A DNA stretch of 64,000 bases. Source: Octopus bimaculoides. Taxonomy: Eukaryota. The stretch spans positions 44,518,166 through 44,582,165 of the forward strand of contig NC_068984.1 of the NCBI RefSeq assembly GCF_001194135.2, in the 5' to 3' direction. This document shows positions 48,558-61,439 of this stretch, one piece after another. Position 1 is the first letter of the stretch; each line of letters opens with the position of its first letter. Both the position numbers and the translations under genes were made by a program. The notes under the pieces are model-generated. The model did no database searches. It saw only the letters and a program-made list of their open reading frames with translations, and had not been told where the DNA came from.

Positions 48558-49584
48558 TGTGTTTGCCTCACATTGTTTGAGAACAAATATTGGCTCGTTC
48601 CTGTCCTCATAACTTAGTAGCCAGACAAAAAGTCATTGATAAAATAAGTACCAGACTTAAAAAAAAAAAATACATACTGGAGTCATTGATTAACTAAACC
48701 TTTCAAAATGGTGCTCCAGCATGGCCACTGACCAGTTACAGAAACGAATAAAAGAGTAAAAGAATATTGTTAAAAAAAAAGGGACACATTTGATAATGTG
48801 ATTTGAAGTACACAATAACGAGAAGAAAAATTGATGGATGACCATGAGTGGAATGCCTTTGATCTAATCCTAAACAAGAACTACTACTACTACTACTACT
48901 ATTGGTAATTAAGTCAATGAAAGAGATTGGATATGGTAACTTGATTTGCTAGATATAGTAGGCAAATCTCCCTCAAAACAAAAAGAAAAAGCAAAGTGAA
49001 ATATGTGGTCCCAGACACATTATCTGCAAAATAAAAACGAAAAAAAAAAAAAAAAGGCATACATAGGAAGGGATGGTCACATTTAGAACACCTTTGATCA
49101 TATATCAGCTTAATCAGAGCTGAAATGGAGCTAAACAACAACAACAACAACAACAGCAACAGCAACAGCAACAACAACAACAACAACAACTACTACTACT
49201 ACTACTGCTGCTGCTGCAATAACAATGACTACTGATAATATAGCTATCACCAAATGATCACTCAGGAAATACAGAATGTGTTTAATTTCACATTGTTAAT
49301 AAATGAAGCCAACAAGTACAGCATACATACAGATTGTGTGTGTATGCTGTAATAATAACCAATAATCATATGATTATTACTTTGCATTTTATTATAGTTC
49401 TTTTTAGTGTATTCACTTATTAAATTTTTCTATATGTGACTGGATTTTCATGGATGAGTTCATGAACTTTGGTTCTTTTCTCTAAATTACATATTTATAT
49501 ATATATATTGTGAAACCTAATTTAATTTTAATTTTTGATAAATTGAATTTAATTGAGCTTTTACCTGTAAATTTTACCTGTAAA

Positions 49585-49618
<34 letters not shown>

Positions 49619-51393
49619 TNNNNNNNNNNNNNNNNNNNNNNNNNNNNNNNNNNNNNNNNNNNNNNNNNNNNNNNNNNNNNNNNNNNNNNNNNNNNNNNNN
49701 NNNNNNNNNNNNNNNNNNNNNNNNNNNNNNNNNNNNNNNNNNNNNNNNNNNNNNNNNNNNNNNNNNNNNNNNNNNNNNNNNNNNNNNNNNNNNNNNNNNN
49801 NNNNNNNNNNNNNNNNNNNNNNNNNNNNNNNNNNNNNNNNNNNNNNNNNNNNNNNNNNNNNNNNNNNNNNNNNNNNNNNNNNNNNNNNNNNNNNNNNNNN
49901 NNNNNNNNNNNNNNNNNNNNNNNNNNNNNNNNNNNNNNNNNNNNNNNNNNNNNNNNNNNNNNNNNNNNNNNNNNNNNNNNNNNNNNNNNNNNNNNNNNNN
50001 NNNNNNNNNNNNNNNNNNNNNNNNNNNNNNNNNNNNNNNNNNNNNNNNNNNNNNNNNNNNNNNNNNNNNNNNNNNNNNNNNNNNNNNNNNNNNNNNNNNN
50101 NNNNNNNNNNNNNNNNNNNNNNNNNNNNNNNNNNNNNNNNNNNNNNNNNNNNNNNNNNNNNNNNNNNNNNNNNNNNNNNNNNNNNNNNNNNNNNNNNNNN
50201 NNNNNNTATATATATAGGTAAATGATAGGGTTGCCTCAATCCTTCAGGGGTAGTCTGAAGCATCCAAGCAACCAGGGGATGTTTAAATCCGGAGGCACTC
50301 CTGGGGATCACCTGTACGGGTACCGTCTTGACTATTACATAACATTCACAATGACTCATTACATAACCTCCACACAATAAAACAACGGCTAACTAGCCCA
50401 ACGGAATTGCTTCTTCTTGTATTTGTTGCTCCATTCTCCACATAAATATATATATATATATATATATACATAAGGATAAACATACTAAAAGGGGTCTGTA
50501 GGAAAACTCATTTAAACAAAAGGGGTCCTTGGTAGTGCAAAGGTTGGGAACCACTGATGTACAAGAATTTATTTTTTGTTTTCAGGTGCAGGTGTGGCTG
50601 TGTGGTAAGAAGCTTCCTTCCCTACCACATGATTCAGGGTTCAGTCCCATTGTGTGACACCTTGAGGACGTGTCTTCTACTATAGCCTTTGATTAACCAA
50701 AGTGAATTTGGTAGACGGAAACTGAAAGAAGCCTGCAGTGTATATACATATATAAATATATATATATGTGTGTGTGTGTGTGAGTATGCGTGTGTCATTG
50801 TGCCTGTGTTTATTCTCCCATCATCACTTGACAACTGGTATTGGCATATTTACATCCCCGTAACTTAGCAGTTGGGCAAAACAGACCAAGAGAATAAGTA
50901 CTAGGTTTGAAAAGTAAGTCATGGGGTCGATTTGTTTGACTAAAACCCTTCAAACATGGCCGCAGTCAAATGACTAAAACAAGTAAAAGAGTAAAAGAAT
51001 TAGAAACGGAATAAACCAGGACTGAATCACAAATAAATTTCTATATTTGTATATTATGTATATTTATCATCATCATCATCATCATCGTTTAATGTCCGTT
51101 TTCCATGCTGGCATGGGTTGAACGGTTTGACTGAGGACTGGCGAGCCAGATGGCTGCACCAGGCTCCAATCTGATCTGGCAGAGTTTCTACAGCTGGATG
51201 CCCTTCCTAACGCCAACCACTCCAAGAGTGTAGTGGGTGTGCTTTTACATGCCACCGGCATAAGGGCCAGTCAGGCAGTGGTACTGGCAATGACCATGCT
51301 CAAATGGTGTTTTTTATGTGCCACCTGCACTGGAGCCAGTCCCGCGGCATTAGCAATGACCTTGCTCGAATATTTTTTTTTTATGAAATCCTA

Positions 51394-51527
51394 ATGATAA
51401 TCAAATGTGGGTTCAATTCCTGCTAGGCTCTCACTTTTATTTTTTTTAAATGATTTTTGATGCAAAAATCATGTATAGAAAATGAAAGTGAGAGCTACTG
51501 AGAATTGAACCAACTTTTGATTATCAT
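51394..51527. repeat. Imperfect 134-bp palindrome (hairpin element)
   Basis: Arms ATGATAATCAA...GGTTCAATTC...GCTCTCACTTT and their reverse complement; the core ATGATTTTTG-ATG-CAAAAATCAT pairs perfectly. Confidence 0.85.
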
Positions 51528-52487
51528 TCAGATCTCATTTCTTTTTCTTTTGCAATATATTTTTTAATAGGGTCTGATTTTAAAGAGACTGTCTGCATAT
51601 GTATGAGTAAATTATATGATTGTGAGTGTGTGTGTGTGTGTGTGTTGGTTGGTTGCAATATATAGATGCTTACAATAAATAGATAATATCGGTTTCTAAT
51701 TTTGGCGCAAAACCTGCAATTTGGGGGAGGGGAAAAGCTGATTACACCAACCCCAGTGCTCAGCTGGTAGTTATTTTATTGACTCTGCCAAAGGGAAAAA
51801 AGGCAAAGCCGACCTCAGTGAAACTTGAACTCACAACAAAAAGATGGATGAAATGCTGTTAAGTATTTTCCCCACCATGTTAATTATTCTGCCAGCTCAT
51901 AGCCTTCAACTGATAAATAATATTAATGTGAAAGCAATGTGCTTTAATAAATGTATTTCTTCACCTGTCATCAGAGACTATGATTGTGCAGGGATTTGGG
52001 TTCTTCTATATCATTCCAGTCCAATAAAATATTCTCATTCATGTTGCTCCAGTCCACTCAACTGGCAAAAATGAGTAATCCTGTGACAGACCAGCATCCC
52101 ATCCAGAAAAGAATATATATGCCATGAAACCAGGAAATCCACCCTTATGAGTAGGTATAACTCGAGAAGGTAACTTTATTTTTACTTCACTCATAAGTCT
52201 TTGGTTGGTCTCAAGGTATAGAAGAAGATATTTCCCCAAAGTGCCATGCTATAGGACTAAATCCAAAGCCACATGGTTGGGAAACAACCTTCTTTTAACA
52301 CAGCCATGCCAGTGCCTATCGGCCTCGGCTGACCTGTGGCTAGAGTAGAAGACACTTGCTCAAGGTGTCACACAAAAAGCAGAAAAATTCCTTTTACTAT
52401 AGAATAAAGAGTGTGAGCAAGTATATGACTATACACAAATAGTTAACATGTCTGAAAAATACTTCGCTTATTGAATACTTCCATTCT

Positions 52488-52715
52488 TTAACCCTTTAGA
52501 TTTCAGATTATTCCGTTAAATGTAATGCTTATTTATTCACATTGTTTAGAGTTAATCATGCATTACCTTGTAGCTTCAAGATTCTGATGACATGGTCTGT
52601 TTATTTTAGAATGACATTGTATGGTAGCTGCGAGGGGCCAGATTTGGCCAGTTTGAACATAAAGCAGGTAGAATATTTTGGCTGGATATAGCGGGTTTAA
52701 AAGCTAAAAGGTTAA
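52488..52715. mobile_element. piggyBac-type MITE (TTAA|CCCTTTAG...CTAAAGGG|TTAA family)
   Basis: TTAA at both ends and short TIRs starting CCC. Further copies at 36202-36408, 37614-37848, 44125-44445 (with an insert), 57887-58105, 58448-58667 and about 59600-59790. Confidence 0.8.
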
Positions 52716-53441
52716 TACCTCACACAAGTTACTTGCTTATATATTCCAGTTATATCGTTTGCATCATTTTATTTCCAGATTTAACCTCATTTGAAATGAT
52801 AATAGTGTGTTGCTTGAAAACTTTTCTAAGGTGTCTTATGAAGAAGAATTGAATGTGATTTAAAACAATAAGCCAGCATAAAGGTCTTAAAATAATTACA
52901 TTTCAAGCCATGTGACACAGTACAAAAATGTTATTGTGTGATGTGTGATGAATTATAAAAAATAGACATTTTTTTTCCCTATTCTTCTTATTTTATGTCT
53001 CTGGTGAAAGTGTGTGGGCGAACTAAATATTATGATTTAAATAACTATCCAAAAGCATGAGAAATCTGGTATGCATTGCTTCATGAGTAAAAAAGCCTAT
53101 TGTTGACAATCTACTTCATTAATGCCTCCTGCTTGACATTCTTCACACAGACACACACGTGTGTGTGTGTGTTTCCTTGTTTTGACGTCACATGACAGTT
53201 GTCAACAAACACCACCGTCATACAAGTAGTGTCGTTCATTTGCAATTTTCAGTGAAAGCATGTTTGGCCATTGCACTGTCAACTACTCCATATATATATA
53301 TATATATATATANNNNNNNNNNNNNNNNNNNNNNNNNNNNNNNNNNNNNNNNNNNNNNNNNNNNNNNNNNNNNNNNNNNNNNNNNNNNNNNGTGTGTAAA
53401 ATAGATGTTAAATGATAATGAAATGATGATGGTTATGATGA

Positions 53442-53502
<61 letters not shown>

Positions 53503-55175
53503 CGTGTGTGTGTGAGGATGCATAGCCTAGTGGTTACGGTGTTGCGTTCACGATCACGAGATGGTGGTTTCAGTTTCTAGACCGGGTGGTGTGTTACGTT
53601 CTTGAGCAAAATGCATCATCTCACATTGCTCCACAATCATTTCAACGCATAACATGTGGTACACCGTGCATCTGTTTGGGCAATGCCGATTTAATGGTGG
53701 AAGTGAGCTAATGTAAAGTACATACAATTGATCACTATAAACAAATCATCTGTGCAAGTTGTTTGGCAAAAGCTGAATACCCATAGGTCGTCTCCAACAG
53801 GAGAGTCCATCATGAGGACTGGTGAACCAGGTGGCTACACCAGGCTCCATATATATATATACATATATATATGTCGTTTAACGTCCGCTTTCCATGCTAG
53901 CATGGGTTATATATATGTATGTATGTATGTATGTCATCATCATCATCGTCGTTTAACGTCCGCTTTCCATGCTAGCATGGGTTGGACTATTTGACTGAGG
54001 ACTGGTGAAACCAGATGGCTACACCAGGCTCCAATCTGATTAGGCAGGGTTTCTACAGCTGGATGCTCTTCCTAACGCCAACCACTCCGAGAGTGTAGTG
54101 GGTGCTTTTACGTGCCACCGGCACGAAGGCCAGTCAGGCAGGCATTAGGAAGGGCATCCAGACATAGAAACCATACCACAACAGACAAGAGTCTGGGCAG
54201 TTCCTCAGCTGGCCAACTCCTGTCAAACTGTCCAACCTATGCCAGCATGGAAAACAGGTGCTAAACGATGATGATAATGATGATGATATATGGTGGTGGT
54301 GGTGGTGGTGGTGGAGGACTTCTATTGTTTGATGATGATGTAGATGTTCGATCATCTGTTTCACTTCCTTCAGTGACTGAGTGTTCTACAAATATGTGAA
54401 TTCTGATTGCAATTCTCAAATCAGCATGACACAAAGCATGGCGAAACTGTGCTTTGTGATTTACACGTACAATCTCCCTGGTAGGCTTCTATACAGTTCC
54501 CATCTACCCAATTTCATTAACGAGTAAGGGATCAAGCCAAAGCTACAGAAAATGCCATTTGTCCAAAGATACCCAGTAGGGGGATCAAATTCAGGCAATA
54601 TGTTTGTGAAGCAAGCTTCTTTGCCGTTTAGCTATATTGTGTTTACAGGATATACTAGACAGATATGATGTTCTTACACGTTTTTACCATAAGAGAGAAA
54701 TTTTTTGTCCCATGCTAATTTGTCTTTACACGTTGAAATAGGTCACAAACATATTTCAACTAACCTAAAATGTTTGCTTATGCCTAAACACTGCTTGGTG
54801 CTAATACCAATGAATATGTGTGTGTGCATGCTTGCATGTGTGTATGAATGCATGAACATGATAATACAACAGACTGCACTGTAATCATCCCAGGAATACA
54901 GACAACGATCTTAAGAAACATGTGATTTGTGGAAAGACACATAGCAATGCATTAAAATATTTATATATTCCATCTATGGATTACTATTACTATTATTATT
55001 GTTATTACCATTATTATTATCATTAAAACTATATTTATTCTGAATTATATCAGCACAGTTCGGTGTGACCCAAAAAAACTGGTATCACCAGTTGATATCA
55101 TTAGACTGTAGCTGGCATAATAATATAGGAGCTTTTAAATGTATATTCAAAATATTTCCTGTAAACGAACTTCAA

Positions 55176-55217
<42 letters not shown>

Positions 55218-56019
55218 CTTACCAACCACATGGTTCCGGGTTCAATCCCACTGCGTGGCACCTTGGGCAAGTGTCTTCTACTATAGCCTCGGGCCGACCA
55301 AAGCCTTGTGAGTGGATTTGGTAGACGGAAACTGAAAGAAGCCTGTGGTATATATGTATATNNNNNNNNNNNNNNNNNNNNNNNNNNNNNNNNNNNNNNN
55401 NNNNNNNNNNNNNNNNNNNNTATGCATGTGTGTGTATGTGTTTGTCCTCCCAACATCGCTTGACAACCGATGCTGGTGTGTTTACGTCCCCGTAACTTAG
55501 AGGTTCGGCAAAAGAGACCGATAGAATAAGTACTAGGCATCCAAAGAATAAGTCCTGGGGGCGATTTTCTCAACTAAAGGCAGTGCTCTAGCATGGCCGC
55601 AGTCAAATGACTGAAACAAGTAAAAGAGTAAAGAGTATATATATAAAACTAAGGTACTGCCATTGAAGGTGCCTCTATATTGTTACTTGACTTGCAAGAA
55701 ACAGGAGCTAAATCACCCTCAAATCATACCTTCAAAAATAGGAAAGGTCATACTAGATAATGTAATCTTAGACAACCCCCCCAAAAAAAAAACAGAAAGT
55801 CATATAGGATAATTTTATCCTCTGTCTTAAAAAAAGATCAAAAGGCCACAGTTTGCTCCTAGTCAAATATCAACTTAAACAGATTTCAATGGAACAGGGA
55901 CCAAGTAACAACTGTAAAGACAAGAAGGTTCCCAGTCTGTTTTTCTTGTCTATTTGTTAATTTCCCATTTGAATCTAATCTAAAATAATCTGATACACAA
56001 TCAAAAAAGGTGAACTTAC

Positions 56020-56076
56020 GCTTGGTTTAGGAATCCCAAACAAGGGCTTCATTGCATTATCATCATAGGCATTCAT
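56020..56076 (-). CDS. TMEM243: TMEM243 coding exon 1 (MNAYDDNAMKPLFGIPKPS); exon probably extends into 5' UTR to the acceptor at 56268
   Basis: KPLFG resembles RPLFG of human TMEM243. Donor AGC|GTAAGT, phase 0; strong acceptor ttttgtctttgcag at 56269-56270. Confidence 0.85.
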
Positions 56077-59000
56077 CTTGCAAAGTTAGATTCAACAGAA
56101 AGCTACTGCTTTTTCTTATCCAATTTTGCTTTCCTTTGTAATTATAGCATCAGGGTTCTATCAGGATTTACTGCATGATGTCCAAAATGAAAGCAGCTCC
56201 ACTTGAAACAAGACATCACATTGAAATATTTGTGAATGGCATCAGTACAGCTGTTCTATAATATAGTGCTGCAAAGACAAAAGAAATAACACAGCTAGGT
56301 TATAATACATTAAACCAAAGACTGACAAAAAGCATAAACTAAAATATATGTTCAAATTGGATATAAATTATCATAATAATATAGATATAAATTTAGAAAA
56401 TTCTTTTAAAATCTTGAACAGATGTGCAAGTGTGAAATAAAATATTAAAAGGAATGTCTTGAACCATCGCTGTGTACACAACATTATCAACAACCAGTAA
56501 AATATTTATTGAGAAAAATACAATATAAGACAAAAGATTTTAATGCAACAAATAGCAGTATAATTGCTATAGTTATCCTGTATATTCATCAATTTTTAAG
56601 ATAGTAGGATAAAGTTTGAAGGTCTAGTTATTATTCCTAGGTCAAATGGCAATGTAGACAATCCCTTGTTGGCTCCACAATTGCTGCTGTAATTGTCATT
56701 TAACCCCATATCAGCCCTGACTGAGCACACTTATGATGAAAGATGAACCAGCTATTAACATGCCATTTTTAGCCAAACATAGTATGCCTAGGACAATAGA
56801 ATCAAATGTGTCCTAATTCTTTTTACAGTTGTAGGGGGTTATCTGAGCTAGATTTGGCTGTTATTTGATTGATCACAGAGAAGCTCCTTGTTTTGATTGG
56901 TTATTTCAAAATATAGTTTTCTAAAGGAATGAAAGCTATGAATATACACTAAATTCTCGGCAAAAAAGCCTTGGTAGACCGGTTCATTTACTGCTGCTAA
57001 ACTTCATTTAAACCAGTTATTCTGCTAAGAGATCATGCATAGCATATAAGTAGATAGGTTAACTGATTTGCATGATAGTGTTAGTTTGATAACAGCTACA
57101 AATTACCTTAACATCAGCACAAACTGGGAAATAAAAAGATTATGAATTCTAAAATATCAAAACACAGCCCTTCTGTAGATGGAATCTAAAGAAAATACAC
57201 TTAAGTTACTTAATAATGGTTATTATCAGAAGCAAAATGTCAGAAATTTTAAGGGAAAGAACTTTTGATTAAATTGGCATCTCCAGTATTTGGATTTATT
57301 TCCTTGAATCCGGAAGGAAGAAAGGCAAAGTTGACCTTGAAGCGATTAGTTAGAGGAGGATGTAAAAAGCTGCACTTCAGAATTAGCACTTCAATCCTGT
57401 AATCCATTGCGTTGTTAATAATGAATGACACTAGTGTTATTGAGGGACAAAGAGCTTAAGATAGTTGACTTAGCAGAACATTTTGGATGGGGAACTTAAT
57501 TCCCTGTCTAGTTTAACACCACAACTTGGCCATCAAGGGTACCTTGGATTCTATACTTTTGCAAGTAGTCATGCAAGACCTCTGGTTTGGAGATAACTTC
57601 CTTAATCAGTCAGTCATAGACTCTTTGAAATGAGGTGCTACTTATCTCTTCTTATTAAGCCATAAAAAAATTGAAAGAAAGAAACCAACAAAAGAGATCA
57701 CAGGTTCTAGGTTGTCACTGGCACTGTGCAGTTCTACCACCAAAAATTAAACTCTTAGAAACTTAGTTTCAATTAGGTGTAAGTAGATGCCATTGGCTGG
57801 AATGGTTCAGTACCATAAGCAATGGCAATACTGTAAAATGACCAGCATTTTATTAGTTTACAAAATAAGTTAATGAAGTATCAGGTTTTAGCATTCAGAT
57901 TATTCTGTCAAATATAATGCTTATTTATTCACATTGTTTTGAATTAATCGTAAATTATCCCATAGCATTGAAATTTTGATGATATAATTGTATATTTTAG
58001 TATGACATTGTGGGTAGATGTGAGAGGTCAAATCTGGCCAAATTGAATATAAAACAGGTAGAATATTTGGGTTGGATATGGCCGGTTTAAATGCTAAAGG
58101 GTTAAGGTGAAGAAATGAGTTCCTAAAGCAGTCAGGCTGTTTGTCTTTCTACCATCATTCTCTGCAGTCAAATTAGTAGCAAGTGTAATTTGTACTCTAT
58201 TTGGTAAAGGAATGCACAAGTAAAACCATGACATATGATTTACAGGCAGCCTAGGATTTCTATCCAGTATCCATTTTTATCAAAACTGTGAAGTCAGAGT
58301 TGTGAAGCTGGGGTCACTGAAGTGGTAAAAATGCACCAACTCCAAATCTGCCTAAATATACATATACTGCCATATGATGCATTAAAATTTCTAATTTCAC
58401 AGAAATTAATTTGACAGTTTTCTGCACAGAAAATAATCAAATGAAATTTAACCCTTTAAGCATTTAAAAGCAGCCAGACCAACCCAAATATTCTACCTGT
58501 TTTATATTCAAACATCTAGCTTTTCATACCTACACAACGTCATTCTAGAAATAAATAATCACAATATCAAAATCTCGTAGCTATGAGATAATGCATGATT
58601 AATTCAAAACAATGTGAGATATTAAGCATTTACATTTGATAGAGTAATCTGAATGCTAAAGAGTTAACGGGTTTTTTTTTTTTAAGGAAGACTCTGTAGA
58701 AGCAATTCTAGAAAATTTGGATTTGTATATATATATAAGAGATCCCCTTCGGTCATGAATGAGCATGGGATTGCACCCAGAAAATTACCCTGCAAGGCAC
58801 AGGTCTGGGTAAGGTTCAGCAGTCGTCCATGTATACCAGCCTCTCCTCTCTGCACCACTAATGTTATCCAAAGGAAAGGCAAAGGCCGATATAGCTTGGC
58901 ACCAGTGACATCACAACTCATTTCTACAGCTGAATGAACTGGATCAACGTGAAATAAAGTGCCTTGGATATTTAACTTTTATTCAATAGATACAACGATA

Positions 59001-60856
59001 CATATTTAATATTGTAGGGATAAACTTTTCAGTATTTTACAATATAATTTTATATCACTTGATGTAATTTTTTTGTGCCACACACACACTTGAATTTTAT
59101 ATAAAGACAATGCTTTAATCTAAAAAGGAGGGGTTACATATCTAATTGAGTTGTTTCTTTCAAAAATGGTAATTTGATTAAGTTGTTTTATGAGTTCAAT
59201 ATTTTACTTTTTACTTTTGATGTACTTTAAGAGCCTTTGAACAGGTAAAGGAAAATATTCCTGTTTTTTTTTTTTTTAATAGTATTTCTATTGTTGATTT
59301 CTTTTACTTTTTATATTGCCTTTTGCTAAAAAAAAAAAAAAGCCTCTTTTAAAAAAAATTTCTAAGTTTTGTTTTATGCTTAATTATTTGTAACTTAAGA
59401 AATAATATAAAAATGCCACAATTGCATAGTATATATAGTCTTTAAACTTAAACTTTAATAAGTTAGGCTAAAAACTTAACCTGATAATTCATATTGCTCA
59501 AATTTGTTGTGTGCTTTCAATGAATTTGAGAAATCTTGTAAAAGTTTGTTTGTAAGAAGCTAATGTGTATAATACACATCTTGATTTGGGAGGCTTAATC
59601 TTTGAGCATTTAAATCAGCCATATATGGCCAAAATATTCAAACCGTTTTATGTTCAAACTGGCCATATTCAACATTTCACACCTACCCTATAATATCATT
59701 GCAAAGGAGATAATGAATCCTTAATTTAAAACAATGTGAATAAATAAGTATCACATTAGACAGAGTAATCTGAATGGTAAAAAGTTAAGTTGTCTTAAAA
59801 CCTTTACAATATCCTGTGTAATACGCAGGGTTATACAACAGTAACATGAATAGGTAATCTACTCTAATCCAATATATTGGTTTTTGAAATCTGATTCTAT
59901 ATTAAATAAATTTATATACACAACATGAGTAATCTAAAAAAGTTTTCTTGTGTTATATTCTCAACGAGAATGGATAATCTACACTAACCCAAAATGTTTT
60001 TTTTTAAGTATTTCATTCTATATATAAGGCAGCAAACTGGCAGAATTGTTAGCATACCAGGCGAAATGTTTAGCTGAATTTCATCTGTTTTAACATTCTG
60101 AGTTCAAATTGTACAGAGGTTGATTTTGCCTTTCATCTTGTCAAGTACCAGAGTTGATATAATTGATTTAACTCCTCCCTTGAAATTGCTGGCCTTGTAC
60201 CAAAATTAGAAACCAATGTGTCATTCTACATAAAATAAATTGATTTGCAATAAGAAAGTCATAATAGTTTTATTGCATTCTTTCTCAATAGAAGTGGGTG
60301 GGGGGCTAAAAACTCTGCAGCTAATGCTGCCCTAATTTTAATCTTGATTTTGATGAGTTCCACAGAATATAATTAATGTAATTACAAATGCATGAGTTTG
60401 TGTCAATAATACCAGAAATTGATGACTCAAAGTCAAAGGTGGAGTGTAATGATATCACAACACATAGCCTCATGACCTGGAGGCTATTCGTGTATTAAAA
60501 CGAATCACTGGTTAAGACTGAAATAGACCTGCTCAGAGAAATCAGGACTTTCAGCAGGATTCATGGCAATTGTAGTTAGCTGTTACCAGTAAGTTCTATG
60601 TTATGACTGTTTAACTGACAGAATTTAAAAAGCTATATGTTGATGATTACCAGATAACATAAATGATTAACTACATGAATATAATATTGTACGTTATCTC
60701 TACAGCAAGACAATGTGGTACTTTTCACAGCTTGTCTACAATTTTATCTATCTTTCACTCTATAACATCATATATAGTGGATTTTCCTATATAAGTACAT
60801 ATCAGTGGGAGTTTGTATGCATATCTACATGTATCAATGTCTGTGTGTGAGTTTAT

Positions 60857-60902
<46 letters not shown>

Positions 60903-61377
60903 ATATATATATATATATATATATATATACATGGGTGGGGGTGATGAAAAGCCCTTAGTTTTGGGTAACAGAATATAAAGGAGGATCGGTTAATTATGAT
61001 TTTATTCAACATCTTTCCCTCTCAGATTCACGCACTTATTGCAGTGGTCCTTCAGGTTTCCTAACTCCTCTAAAAGAACACGAAATGTTGGGCTTCCAAC
61101 TTTTTAGCCAACCCGACATATATATATATATAAAATTACAATAAGGGCATTAAATAATTACAACACCAGGCTGCAAGAAGTAGACCCCAAATGGTCTAGG
61201 AACCACTTAGATTATTACTCCATTACCATTACATTATTACTCCATTACATCTCAAAACTCAAAGAATAAAAGTGAAACCTTCAACGGAGTAACAATTATA
61301 GTTTCACTTTTGTATTGTTTCAATATGTATATATATACATACATGTATGGATGTGTGTGTGTGTGTGTCTCTCTCTC

Positions 61378-61420
<43 letters not shown>

Positions 61421-61439
61421 GGAGAATTAAAAAAAAAAA

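Noticed and set aside
48914-49189. Poly-Leu ORF resembling a signal peptide
   Set aside because: It is a translation of (TTG/CTG)n microsatellite.
49510-50377. Long ORFs in the track, also at 61690-63012 and 7566-8251
   Set aside because: They are open only because they run through N gaps.
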